A stretch of 64,000 nt of DNA from Eledone cirrhosa. Its lineage: Eukaryota. Position numbers and translations under genes: made by a program. Position 1 is the stretch's first letter, and every line of letters begins with the position of its first letter. The notes under the pieces were generated by a model. That model was given only the letters and a program-made list of their open reading frames with translations. It searched no databases and was not told where the DNA came from. Of the stretch, positions 24,584 through 36,567 are shown one piece after another. Where the stretch lies: contig OZ024742.1 in assembly GCA_964016885.1 (NCBI GenBank), forward strand, positions 237,584,001 to 237,648,000, in the 5' to 3' direction.

Positions 24584-27500
24584 ATGGCTATGCTAAGAGT
24601 AGGCTGTTTAAATGCGCGTGGCCTGGGCTCAACTTGGAAGCAAGCAATGCTTCTAAATGACCTCAGGTCACAACGTATAGATGTGATGGTTATTTGCGAG
24701 GCCCGGATCAGCAACGTGCGACAGCTGGCCCCCACCTTTGATGACTTTGAGATGCACGCATCTCTCTGTCAGCCTGGAGGTGGGGGTGGAGTTGTCGTTC
24801 TGCTGCAAAAACATCTGGGTCTCGCAACACAGATGGTACATTTGGACCCGGAGGGTCGACTAGTGGTTCTGGACCTTGGCAGTGGTAAAGGCGGAGCGTT
24901 TAGGTTGGTAGCCGCCTACGGCCCTTTCGGGTCAATGCGGCCGGACTTCTTCCATCGTCTGGAGACTTTTCTAGGGACGTCCCGCTCCTTGCTATTAGTG
25001 GGGGACTGGAATGGTATCCTAGATGCACGCTGGGACTACGTAGGGGCCTGCCCCGATAGAGAGGGGTGTAATAGCCTCAAAGGGTTAATCGGTCGATTTG
25101 ACCTGGCCGATAGATATCGACTAGATTTTCCGACTGCGCCAACCTGGACTTGGGCAAATCGTAGCGGATCATCTAGGTCGTACCTAGATAGGTTCTTAGT
25201 TAGAATTAAGGATAAGGACTTTTTAAGTTGTCCAAAAATGCGCATTGTTGGCTATTCAGACCACAAATTAGTGACCTGCATGGTCAACCTTGACAGAACT
25301 CATAGACAGGGCCCCGGTTACTGGAAGCTCAACTTGTCCTTGCCGGCAAGTAGAGCCTACAGGAATCGGATTAGTACGTTAGTTAAGGAACGGTTGACTG
25401 GAGCGATCGTCAACAGCAGGTGGTGGGTATCTCTAAAGAGAGAGATTAGAGTAGTCTCGATAGAATTTAGTAAGGGTCTAGCTGCGGATAGGAATAGGAA
25501 GGAAAGGGAGCTAATAGATAGAGTAGAAGAGGCAATTAGAAGCGGCGACGTGGCCAGAGTGCTAGCGTCGAGAACGGCTTTGAGCCAGTTTTTCGACGCG
25601 AAGCACGAAGGCTGCGTTGTCCGAAGTAAAATACGTGCTCTAGGGAACGAGGGGACCAAAGCTGTTAGCTGGGCCCGCGTGACAGAGGCCAACAGTGGAA
25701 CTAAATCCACCATCCGGTCTTTGCGAGACCTGGATGGACGGGCGATTCTTGAGCCTAAGCAGATGTGTGAGGCCTTTCAAAGGCACTTTGCCCGACTGTT
25801 CGGGAGGGGCGGGGAGCCGGTTGGGAACGTGGACTTCGGTCCATACCTCGACGGCCTGCCGCGCCTCTCGGACAGGGAGGCGAAGTCCTGCGAGGAGCCG
25901 ATTTCGGCCGCTGAGATAGAGGACGTGCTGAGCCAATGCGGCAAACGCAAATCCCCGGGTCTCGATGGTCTTCCTTACGAATTATATCTAGCTATGCCGG
26001 ACTTGTTCCCCGATCTCCTCGAGGCGGTCTACTGCAACTGGCAACAGAACGGGAGAATTCCCTGTACTGTGACCAAGGGCGTAGTCACGCTAGTGAGGAA
26101 GGACGAGAACAAGGGGGACGAAATAAGTAACTTCAGGCCCATAACACTGCTAAATACAGAGTTACAGATTTTGGCCAAGGTGCTAGCAAAGAGGTTGGCG
26201 CTTGTCGTGGGCAACCTGGTGGGAGATGCGCAGACATGCGCTATCCCGTCCAGGTCCATCCATGACAACCTCCACCTCATGCGATACATCATAGAGAGGG
26301 TTGGGAACGAACCCGGCTTTGGTGGGGCTCTGATCAACTTGGATCAATCTAAGGCGTTCGATAGGGTCGACCATGGTTACCTGGATGCGGTGCTAGCGGC
26401 GGCAGGCTTCGGACCCATTTTCAGGGGCTGGATCACTGCTATGCACAGCAGCCGCATCTGCTCTAGGGTCAAGGTGAACGGCTACCTCTCGGAGCCGTTC
26501 AAAATCGCGCGGTCCATCCGACAAGGGTGCCCTCTCTCCTCCCTTCTGTATGTATTGACTCTCGAGCCACTACTGCGGAAGTTGGAGTTGTTGCAGGGCA
26601 TCCCTTTGGAACCGGGATTGCGGAAAGCGGTGTCGGCCTACGCCGATGACGTGACAGTAATGGTGTCGACGGCCTCCGAAATCGAGGCGGTCGGCACCTT
26701 ACTGGAGGAGTACGAAAAGTTCACAGGGGCTAAGCTGAACCGGGACAAGTCGATCGGTTTGCAACTCGGCACGTGGAGGGGCAGACCGATGCCCTCCGAT
26801 AGCGTCGTCGGACGCTGGACGGAGGGCCCGGTGAAGTTGCTCGGGGTCTGGTTCGGACCGGACCTCCAGGTGGAGAAAAACTGGGCGGAGGTTACGAACA
26901 GAGTGTTTGCACTGACCCAGAAGTGGGCCAGTTGCAAACTATCCCTGAAAGGTCGGGCGGAGGTGGCGAACACCTACATAGCGTCCGTCATCTACTACCG
27001 CCTGACCGTAGTGCCCTGCCCAAGGGAAACCCTCACCAAGATGGAGCGCGCGCTCTTCCAATTCCTTTGGAAGAGGCGGGCTCCTATGGTGAGGAGATCC
27101 ATCTGCTGTCAACACCCTTCGAAAGGAGGGCTGGGGATGCCGTGGCTAATGATGCGTAAACACGCATTAAGGCTACGGCACCTCTACGTATTCCTCACCG
27201 GACAACCGGTGTGGGCCTCGTTTGTGAGACGAACCTTTCCCAGACTCGTCTCACTCACCGAGCTGCAATCCTGGGTCAAGCAAAGACCGAGAAAACTGGG
27301 CGCCTGGCACACTGAGTGTGCCCAGGCGCTCACCGCCCTCTGGCAGGCGGATCCGGTTATCAGTGGAGACTCCACCGCAACATTCTATAGAGGGCTGGTA
27401 CGCAGCAGGTGCGACGACGCCCTCGGAGAAGCCCTAGACATGGAGGAGGACGAACTGGCCAGCCTTTTCGGTAGGACATTCAGCCCGGGACCTATGGACA

Positions 27501-28021
27501 ACTTCCAGAAGTCCCTGGCCTGGCAGTGCTACCGAGGGGCTTTACCCGTTCGAGAAAGGCTCTACAGACACGGGCGCCCGGGTAGGGACCCCGCCAAAAA
27601 GATCTGTCCCAGATGCGTGTGCGACGAGGAAACCGTTGCACACGCATTAGTACACTGCTCGGGCGTAGCCGATCTGTGGGGCTATGTCGAACAACTGCTG
27701 TCAAGGGTGGGACCGATCCGGTTGACCACCGAGTCTATTGTAATGATCAAGCCGCCTCCCCCCTTCAAAGATGAAGCAGAGGCGGTGTTTCTGTGCGTAA
27801 TAGCCATGGCGAAAGAGGTTGTATGGTGGACGCGTCTGAAAGGACTGAGGTCGGGCACCTTTCTCTCTGGCCAACAACTGGTCCGTTTCTTCCGATATCA
27901 TTTCGGAAGAAGGATCAGGATGGAGAGAGAGGTGCTGCACCCCAGCCGTTTCTATGAAAGATGGGTGAAAGTGGCGAGAATGGCCCGTGTGAATGGGCCT
28001 TCACTCTACATCAGACTATAG
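24584..28021 (+). CDS. Intact ORF2 of a Tx1/L1-clade LINE (APE endonuclease, RT, CCHC finger)
   Basis: Uninterrupted reading frame with LNARGL, GDWN, SYLDRF, SDH, GPGYWKLN, KSPGLDG, NFRPITLLN, LDQSKAFDRV, RQGCPLS, YADD, CPRC...HALVHC. 3' UTR with AATAAA to about 28283. Confidence 0.95.
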   Translation: MAMLRVGCLNARGLGSTWKQAMLLNDLRSQRIDVMVICEARISNVRQLAPTFDDFEMHASLCQPGGGGGVVVLLQKHLGLATQMVHLDPEGRLVVLDLGSGKGGAFRLVAAYGPFGSMRPDFFHRLETFLGTSRSLLLVGDWNGILDARWDYVGACPDREGCNSLKGLIGRFDLADRYRLDFPTAPTWTWANRSGSSRSYLDRFLVRIKDKDFLSCPKMRIVGYSDHKLVTCMVNLDRTHRQGPGYWKLNLSLPASRAYRNRISTLVKERLTGAIVNSRWWVSLKREIRVVSIEFSKGLAADRNRKERELIDRVEEAIRSGDVARVLASRTALSQFFDAKHEGCVVRSKIRALGNEGTKAVSWARVTEANSGTKSTIRSLRDLDGRAILEPKQMCEAFQRHFARLFGRGGEPVGNVDFGPYLDGLPRLSDREAKSCEEPISAAEIEDVLSQCGKRKSPGLDGLPYELYLAMPDLFPDLLEAVYCNWQQNGRIPCTVTKGVVTLVRKDENKGDEISNFRPITLLNTELQILAKVLAKRLALVVGNLVGDAQTCAIPSRSIHDNLHLMRYIIERVGNEPGFGGALINLDQSKAFDRVDHGYLDAVLAAAGFGPIFRGWITAMHSSRICSRVKVNGYLSEPFKIARSIRQGCPLSSLLYVLTLEPLLRKLELLQGIPLEPGLRKAVSAYADDVTVMVSTASEIEAVGTLLEEYEKFTGAKLNRDKSIGLQLGTWRGRPMPSDSVVGRWTEGPVKLLGVWFGPDLQVEKNWAEVTNRVFALTQKWASCKLSLKGRAEVANTYIASVIYYRLTVVPCPRETLTKMERALFQFLWKRRAPMVRRSICCQHPSKGGLGMPWLMMRKHALRLRHLYVFLTGQPVWASFVRRTFPRLVSLTELQSWVKQRPRKLGAWHTECAQALTALWQADPVISGDSTATFYRGLVRSRCDDALGEALDMEEDELASLFGRTFSPGPMDNFQKSLAWQCYRGALPVRERLYRHGRPGRDPAKKICPRCVCDEETVAHALVHCSGVADLWGYVEQLLSRVGPIRLTTESIVMIKPPPPFKDEAEAVFLCVIAMAKEVVWWTRLKGLRSGTFLSGQQLVRFFRYHFGRRIRMEREVLHPSRFYERWVKVARMARVNGPSLYIRL

Positions 28022-28417
28022 GTGAGGAAGATGAAAGACCAAGGGAGCACCCCTTCTCTGTGCTCCTGAGGAGAAGGGTTGCACACTTTTTTCGGGGGTG
28101 TGTGCGACCCCCCAAGGCGCCTCCTCTCTATTGAGGATTTTGTTAAAAATTTTATTTTTTGTTATATCTTATTTTATTTTTATATTTTGTTATTGCCTCC
28201 TCCTTATTGAGGACGCCTTTTTGTGTAAACTCCCCCCTTTGTACTTGTCCCACTTTTGATGCCCTAGTGGCAAATAAAAGAAATATATCTATCTGTCTGT
28301 CTATCTATATAAGTGTTTGTCTATCTATCTATCTATTAATCTATTCGTCTATCTGTCTGTCTGTATTTCTGTCTGTTTTCATATCTATCTAACAGATGAT
28401 TTGTTTTTCTTTAACAG

Positions 28418-28484
28418 AATACAAACTTCTGTGGAGAGAAATTTAACTTATTAATACTTAAGCAATCGATTCCAATCAATAATT
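28418..28484 (+). CDS. Candidate internal host exon (NTNFCGEKFNLLILKQSIPINN)
   Basis: Strong acceptor TTGTTTTTCTTTAACAG| and donor |GTATGT; open in phase 0. Confidence 0.35.
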
Positions 28485-28611
28485 GTATGTCCATCATATC
28501 TTTCTTGTGGATTTCATGAATATTCATATTTTGACATGAATATTCATATTTTATGGTTATCAAGTATAACCTCCTCAACTCAACGTCAACTGGTGTAAAT
28601 CATATATAATA

Positions 28612-28721
28612 TTAGGTGCGGCACCCAGCTCCGCCCGGGTAAACATGATAAGAGAAGACTGGTGGAAGAGAAAACGACTATATTGGATGCGTTATCTGGT
28701 TTATAGTATGAGGCGAGACCG

Positions 28722-28799
<78 letters not shown>

Positions 28800-29219
28800 C
28801 ACAAAAAAAACACTCAAAAATCTTCCAGATACACCAGATTCTTCGTTACCGTTCGGGCATAGTATATGAAGATTTCTAGGTGTTGCCACTCGTGAACAAC
28901 CTACAAATAACTGTCCATGAGTAAAAACCGATTCTCTCATATTCAATCATACAAATGTGAGACTCTGACCCTGAGCTGTATTTATCCAAAGCATAACTGG
29001 CTCTAACAGGGAAGTGAATTTTGAGATTTTGAACGGCTGCTCGGTAGAGAAAGGGATGAGAGGAATCTTAGGAATAAATGCATTTTCTCTTTGATGATTG
29101 CCTCTAGGAGATGGTTTATCATCCACCTGACTGTTAAGCGTGTGCCATTGTATAGACATGGTTGGTCAAGGTTTCTCAAAAGGACGACGCGAGTTCCAAT
29201 CTTTTATACTATATATAGG
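28612..29219 (-). mobile_element. Internally deleted Helitron retaining the PIF1-helicase C-terminus
   Basis: AFIPKIPL, INTAQGQSL, VFTHGQLFVGCSRV; 3' hairpin CCCGGGCGGAGCTGGG then CTAA|T; 5' end CCTATATATAGTATAAAAG. Confidence 0.7.
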
Positions 29220-29313
29220 TATAAATAATCTAAACTATAATAAAGTAAGGAATGCGTACGGTTTATTTCTTTTAAGACAGTTAGTAAAATAAGCTGGATT
29301 ACTTTGAATAAAT

Positions 29314-29710
29314 AATTGTTTCTACTTTTTGGCACAAGGCCAGCAATTATCCCAGTGTATTACTGGTACTTTATTTTATCGACCCCGTAAGGATGAAAGC
29401 CAAAGTTAACCTCGGCGGGATTTGAACTCAGACCATAAAGGGCCGTAACTCTTTGCTGCAAAGCATAGCGTCCGACCCTCTACCGATACTGCCAATCCAC
29501 CGCCATTACTTTGAATAAATAATTGTTTCTACCTTTGGCACAAGGCCAGCAACTATCCCAGTGTATTACTGGTACTTTATTTTATCGACCCCGTAAGGAT
29601 GAAAGGCAAAGTTAACCTCGGCGAGATTTGAACTCAGACCATAAAGGGCCGTAACTCTTTGCTGCAAAGCATGGCATCCGACCCTCTACCGATACTGCCA
29701 ATCCACCGCC
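29314..29710 (-). mobile_element. Two head-to-tail SINEs (family A)
   Basis: Copies at 29314-29504 and 29521-29710; CTTTGAATAAATAAT occurs three times. Confidence 0.9.
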
Positions 29711-30248
29711 CTTTGAATAAATAATGAATGAATATTACATAATTTAGGTACCAAATTTCGTAACTAAATTTCGTAACTAAACTTCTTTTCAAAGTTTCAA
29801 ATTTCTACACTTCTGTTATATCGTCGCCACCACCACCGCTTCAACTACCATATATAGAGAGAGAAAGAGAGAGCGGGTGATGAGAGAGATAGAGAGAGAT
29901 TATGATTTTCTACACGCTGACGCGTATGAGTGTGCGCATACATACATCTATATGTATGAGTATATAACTATAATCGGGCAAACACAAACCTATAATAATA
30001 CACGCTCACGGATATACATTCATACAAATACACATACATTCACACATACTTTCACACAAACACATACATACATTCACACATATACATTTACACAAACACA
30101 CACATACAGTAAAAAAAGAAAGAGAAAAAATACACAAGCAGGTAATACACACATCTTAGACCACAGAACAATATGCAGGCGAAAGAGTGGAACGAGCCGC
30201 TACCAGATTAAAAGATAGCTATATAGCGAGGAGTACTGGGAAACCTCT

Positions 30249-30690
30249 CTAATAATTTTTGAGGCAAGCCAGCACGCTCGCAGCATTACCTGGGGTGATG
30301 GCGAGGCTGAGGTGCTGGAACAACCAAGTGCCCCCACGAGCATCACCCGTTACCTCTGTTTGGCGAGCCGCCAATGAAGATAAGAATCTCTTTGTCAGTA
30401 GCCAGACTCCTCCAAACGTCTCGAACGCCACAGGCCGGATAATGTAGTTAGCTGACAGAAAACGGTATTTTAGGATTTTGTTCCGTTCAGCTGCGGATGC
30501 TGTAGTTCTGGCCCTTACCGCTGCATCCAGGATGTGGGAAGAAACAAAAGAGTCACTAACTGTGACGTCCCAGGTAAGGCACCAGCCTCTTGACCAGGAG
30601 CACAGAGTAAGACCGTTAAGTCTTTTCCCATCAATTCAGGACAACCCAGACGGTTCCAAAATTGAGAGATGTTTGCCCAGACCAAAGTTC
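30249..30690 (-). mobile_element. 3' fragment (RLE) of a second CRE-clade element
   Basis: GKRLNGLT...WCLTWDVTV; AFETFGG...WLFQHLSLAITPGNAASVL. Confidence 0.75.
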
Positions 30691-31843
30691 TTAAGTGGTA
30701 ATAGGACAGTGTGTGTATGTGCGCGCGCGTGAATTGGTCGGCGTTCTTAAATTAGAGACACGTGTGTGTGTCACTGTTTTTAAGTTAGACATATATATGT
30801 GTGTATCTCCTTCCTTCCTTTTACACACACATACATTCACACAAACACACATACACATTGCGTGATGGACGGGTGGACAGAAGTCCCTCAAATTTATATA
30901 CATGTGAATGGAGTATATGCTGAAGCAGTTAGAGAAGTTCAAGTATCTTGGAGCCGTGTTCATGAGTGATGGAATGCAGGAGGCTGAATTAAATGCAAGA
31001 ATTGCAAAAGCTGATGCAGTAATGTGCCAGCCTCAGCATTCAGCAATCAGAAGAAGGTGTAAAAGCCAAACTCGCTGTCTTCCTGGTATTCCTGCCAACT
31101 CTTTCTGAGGATCATGAATCTTGAGTAATGACCAAAAGAATACAATTGCAAATAAAGAAGGGTCTTTGGGGTAACGTTACTCGATAAAGTTCATAGCTCA
31201 GAGACCAGAGAGTCACTCTTGGTAGAGCCGCTACTTGTCCGAATTGAGACATCACAACTCCGATATTATGAGCATGTGGTTAGAATGTCTCAGTAAAGAA
31301 TCGCTGAACACATTTTACAGGCAAAACCAACCGGCAAGAGACCAAGAGGTAGACCCTGAGCAAGATATTTGGATAACATCCATGAGATTAGCTGGTCACG
31401 CTTTGGGATCCAGCTGGATCAGTTAGAGATGTTTGCTACTGACAGACTCGCTGGAAGGAGTGTTTGAGAATGATTCTGCACCCACGACCCTCTCAGAAAT
31501 AAGTGGGATAAGAAGATATTGTCAATTTACTTTCAATTTACATATATCTATATGCATATATATTTGCGTATAATACCAACATGCACACTACATATGCTAG
31601 CAGAAAACCGCGCGTGAGGGTGTTTTTCTGCTAGTCTTGCTAATAATTGGCATTCCGTGTCCGTCCGTCAATCTACTTCCGAGTAGTGTTCACCCCCCCC
31701 CCCCCCCCCCCCCAAACACACACACACATTTTATGGCTGTAGAAATTGTCTCCGCAGTTTTTAAACAAATGTTTAAAATTTGTTTTGGCACTTTTATGAG
31801 TTTTATTTTTATTAAATGTTTTTCCTCACACACTAAAACAGAT

Positions 31844-32026
31844 AATTGTTTCTACTTTAGGCACAAGGCCAGCAATTACCCAGTGCATTACTGGTACTTT
31901 ATTTTATCGACCCCGTAAGGATGAAAGGCAAAGTCAACCTCGGCGGGATTTGAACTCAGATCGTAAAGGGACGTAACTATGCTGGAAAGCATGACGTCAG
32001 AACCTCTACCGATACTGCCAATCCAC
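31844..32026 (-). mobile_element. SINE family A
   Basis: Full family A match; TSD AACAGATAAT. Confidence 0.85.
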
Positions 32027-32074
32027 AACAGATAATGTTGGTCTTACTAAGACGCTGAGTGAATACATATGTGT

Positions 32075-32997
32075 CTCTGTCAATGAAGATATGTGCGTTT
32101 GTTTGTATCTGTGTCAGTGAAGATACGTGTGTATGTGTGTATGTGTGTGTCGGTGGCGTTTGTGTGTATGTGTGTGTCAGTGAAGATACGTGTGGTTGTG
32201 CGTATGTGTGTGTCAGTGAAGATGCGTGTGTTTGTGTGTATGTACATGTCTGAAGATAAGTGTGTGTTGTATGTGTGTGTCAGTGATGATACGTGTGGTT
32301 GTGCGTATGTGTGTGTCAGTGAAGATACGTGTGTTTGTGTGTATGTGTGTGTCGGTGGCGTTTGTGTGTATGTGTGTGTCAGTGAAGATGCGTGTGTTTG
32401 TGTGTATGTGCATGTCTGAAGATAAGTGTGTGTTGTATGTGTGTGTCAGTGAAGATACGTGTGTTTGTGTGTATGTGTGTGTCAGTGAAGATGCGTGTGT
32501 TTGTGTGTATGTACATGTCTGAAGATAAGTGTGTGTTGTATGTGTGTGTCAGTGATGATACGTGTGGTTGTGCGCATGTGTGTGTCAGTGAAGATACGTG
32601 TGTATGTGTGTATGTGCATGTCTGAAGATAAGTGTGTGTTGTATGTGTGTGTCAGTGATGATACGTGTGTTTGTGTGTATGTGTGTGTCAGTGAAGATAC
32701 GTGTGTTTGTGTGTATGTGTGTGTCAGTGATGATACGTGTGTTTGTGTGTATGTGTGTCAGTGAAGATACGTGTGTTTGTGTGTATGTGTGTGTCAGTGA
32801 AGATACGTGTGGTTGTGCGTATGTGTGTGTCAGTGAAGATACGTGTGTGTTGTATGTGTGTGTCAGTGAAGATACGTGTGGTTGTGCGTATGTGTGTGTC
32901 AGTGAAGATACGTGTGTGTTGTATGTGTGTGTCAGTGAAGATACGTGTGGTTGTGCGTATGTGTGTGTCAGTGAAGATACGTGTGTTTGTGTGTGTC
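32075..32997. repeat. Minisatellite with an approximately 36-bp unit, GTCAGTGAAGATACGTGTGTTTGTGTGTATGTGTGT
   Basis: About 25 tandem variant units, with higher-order blocks. Confidence 0.9.
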
Positions 32998-33339
32998 AAA
33001 TTAAGCACTTTACCACAAAAAGACAAAGAGCTATATTTGGTGTTAACAAAGAGGTGATACTAAAAAGCACAACAACACATAGAGCTCCAATGATTCTAGC
33101 CTTCCGCCTACACTGGAATCTTAAATGACGTAAGCGTTGCTATTGATTTAGATCTCATTGGAGAAGATATTCACGTAACTTTCACATATTTTTCATTTAA
33201 TCACCATTTTAGCTTTCAAAAATGATGCCAAGGAGAAAAAGGTTGTGACTGTCCACAAGCTTTTCAGACGTTCCTAACAAGGCAAGAAGGGAGGGAGAAC
33301 CGACATTTTGATTTGGTTACATAATATCCTTTGCTGCAT

Positions 33340-35765
33340 GAAATTGTCAAATTACATATGATTCATGAGCCCAGTGGTTCAATTAATCCATCCTTCCCAT
33401 GCATGAGGGATGATAAGTGTACCAAACCCCTTTGCAAGGGAAGAAAACCTGGCCATGATGGATTAAGTTCGAAAAAATAAGGGAGAAATGGGAAAGAATT
33501 CATCATTAACAATCGATGGATTGTACCCTACTGTCTTCTTCTTACAAAAACTTTTAAAGTCCATATCAATGTTGAATTCTGCAGCTCTGTTAAGTCCATT
33601 AAGTATGGTTGCAAGTACATAGACAAAGGTTTAGATGTTGCAACATACACTCATGCAGAATGGCAGTCAGCAGGTAAACAAAAATGACAAAGTTGCACAG
33701 TATGATAGACGAAGATACATCAGTAGCAATGAGGTGTTTTGGCGCATCTTCAATTTTCCCATTCATAAGAGCCACCCAGCCATCATTCAACTGATTCTTT
33801 TGCATGAAGTACGTGGTCCCATATGATTCCAAAATTTGAGGAGAGTAAATGGTCATGTGTGTGAAACTTATAGGGAAGCATACTATCAAAAACGTTTTTT
33901 AGAAAATAATTGTTTCTACTTTTGGCACAAGGCCAGCATTTACCCATTACTGGTACTTTATTTTATCGATCCCGTAAGGATGAAAGGCAAAGTTAACCTC
34001 GGCGGGATTTGAACTGCCGAGGTTAACTTTGCCTTTCATCCTTCGTTAGAAAATAATGATCATTGGCACCTTGCATTGACTGAAGCATCAATGTCAGATT
34101 CTCTAAGAAAATTCTGTAACTTTTTTGCCATTATGCTGAACATATGCGAAATTGGCAGTCCTCTACAGCTTTGGATGACATTCGAGAGGACATGGCAGGG
34201 CACTTAAAGTATGCAGTCCAACAGGCAAACCCAGGTATCAATATTCAATTCTGTGAAGAAATTTTCACTCAAGCACTGATTGAAATTCTGGATGAATTTT
34301 GGGCTATGGGAGGCAAGAAATTGCAAGAGTCTGGTACCGGACTGCCAAAAACAAACCGCCAAATTAGTGGTTTAATTTCACGAGAGATTGCAAGAGAGAC
34401 AAATTATGACATCACAAAGCTGGCTGCATTTGTGAATGAACATGAACCTAAACTTCTTCCATAATAACGCTGTGCATATTATGAAATCATTTCGTCAGTC
34501 AGACGAATTGTCATTCTAGATGCTCCAGGTGGCACAGGTAAAGCATGTGTAACACCATTGCTTCCGTCCTAGGTAAGGCAACACAAAGGAATTGCACTTG
34601 CTGTAGCGTCGTCTGGCATTGCTGCTTTCCTTCTCCCAGGAGAACGAACAACTCATTCTGCTTTTAAATTACCGCTAAACCTTGTCACAAATTACAGTTC
34701 AATTTGTAACATAAGCAAAGGCTTACGCCCAGGAGAAATGTTGTGCCAATATCACCTGATCATTTGGAATGAATGCACCATGTCACATAGAGGAGCAGTG
34801 GAAGATCCTGATAAGACTTTATAGGACATAAGAGGCAACAATACTTTTATGGGAGGAGTTACATTAGTTTTATCATGTGATTTCAGTCATTCCGAAATGC
34901 ACGAAAGCTGATGAAATAAAAGCATACATTAATTCTTTGCAGTTATGGAATAGAGTACAGAATTTCTTCAACACTAATATGCGAGCTTTATTACACAGGG
35001 ACCAGTGTACAGAACAATTTTAAAATCGACTTCTTTAATTAGGATATGGGACAGTACCAATTGATGGGAATGATTATGTCAACTTGGCTCATATTGCTAT
35101 TATGGTAGATTCACCAGCTGAATTGAAGACAGGGTATTTCTAGACTTAATTAATCATTATACTTCACACAAATGGCTATGTGAATGGCTTGCTAAAAAAA
35201 AATTGGGACAGCACCAAGGATTAACCATGGGCTAATAAATAATATTCCAACCGTAATTAAGGAGTCAGATCAGTTGATTCAGCCCTTGATGAAAGTCAAG
35301 CTGTCCACTACCCAACAAAGTTCCTTAATTCTCTTAAGCAGCCTGGAACTCCTCCCCATAAACTTTTCCTGAAGGTTGGAGTCCCAATAATGCTTCTAAG
35401 AAATGTTGATCTTCCTAAATTACGCAATGGGACAATATTGATTGTAAAGACATTATCCTCTAATATGATTGAAGCTACCATCATCACTGGGTGTGCCTCT
35501 GGGGAATATGTTTTCATTACAAGAATTCCAATCAAACCAGCAGTCATGCCTTTTCAGTTCAAACGAATACAATTCCCAGTGTGACTTTGCTTCGCAATGT
35601 CTATCAATTAACCTGAAGGTCAGACTTTGAAATCTCCTGGCTTGAACTTAAGTTAGCCTTGCTTTTCTCATGGTCGACTTTACATTGGTTGTTCCCGCGT
35701 GGATAGTTTACAAGGCTTATTTGTCTATGCTTCAAACAAAGGATGTTGTTTACCCAGAAGCTCAA
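33340..35765 (+). pseudogene. Decayed Helitron RepHel (Rep C-terminal part plus PIF1 helicase); the element probably starts at 31635
   Basis: HMIH..., NRWIVPY, HINVEFCSSVKSIKY, RYISSNE..WRI, LDAPGGTGK, ASSGIAA, YPTKFLNSL, LKVGVPIMLLRN...NGT, QFPV, FSHGRLYIGCSRV. Confidence 0.9.
33911..34046 (-). mobile_element. 5'-truncated, 5'-inverted SINE family A inserted in the Helitron
   Basis: TSD TTAGAAAATAAT; the last 28 bp are an inverted copy of the central domain. Confidence 0.8.
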
Positions 35766-36196
35766 AATATGTAATAGAATTTATCTCCCCTCATAAAAGC
35801 GATAAATTCTGTATTTTCCTTTTTTATTAATTTTTGTATCATGAATTCAGAATTGATTTCATTATGTACCTCAATTGTCGTACACGTTTCAAAGAACTTA
35901 ACAACAAACATTTCATAACCCCCCCCCCCCCCAAAAAAAAAACGAATAACCAAATTTAAAAATCACCTGTCTTCATAGAAATGACAACGAAATAAAACCT
36001 TAGCTTCTACAACACACACAGACACACACACGCAAACACACTCACATTCACACACACACACACACACACACACAGATTGAGTTGTATCTATTTATGCATA
36101 ACTCTTTCTCTCTCTATGTATTCCTATCTATCTATCGCCAAGTACAGAAAGCATTCACCAAAGGAGAATCAATTGGATTTGTCTAGTTATATATAA

Positions 36197-36287
<91 letters not shown>

Positions 36288-36567
36288 CCAGCGTTCTGTT
36301 CCCCGGAGACGCTGGCCACGAAACATAAGCTTCGCCGACAACGAATGCGCAGAGAGAATCCCTTATGGTTGTCTTCTAACCTGCTAGAAATAGCAGTCGG
36401 GCTGGTTAGCATGCAAGGGATGTGTTTATAAAGTGAGTAACAATAAACCTTCCTGTGTATACCCTAATCCCAGTGGTGTGCTTACTTTTCGATTGTCAGT
36501 TTTCGTTTTTGTGTGATGTGTGAAGGAACCAACCAACAAACAAACAAATATTTCGCTTTTATATTTA

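Larger units (their letters stand above)
29229..31634 (+). mobile_element. Non-autonomous Helitron family N, copy 2, interrupted by two SINEs, a CRE fragment and an RTE fragment
   Basis: A|TCTAAACTATAATAAAG at 29229; homology resumes at 29726-29820 and 31517-31634 and ends TTTCTGCTAG. Confidence 0.6.

Noticed and set aside
32075-32997. CRISPR-like regularly spaced GTCAGTGAAGATAC repeats
   Set aside because: The intervening sequence is repetitive (GT)-rich DNA rather than unique spacers, there are no cas genes, and the context is eukaryotic; it is a minisatellite.
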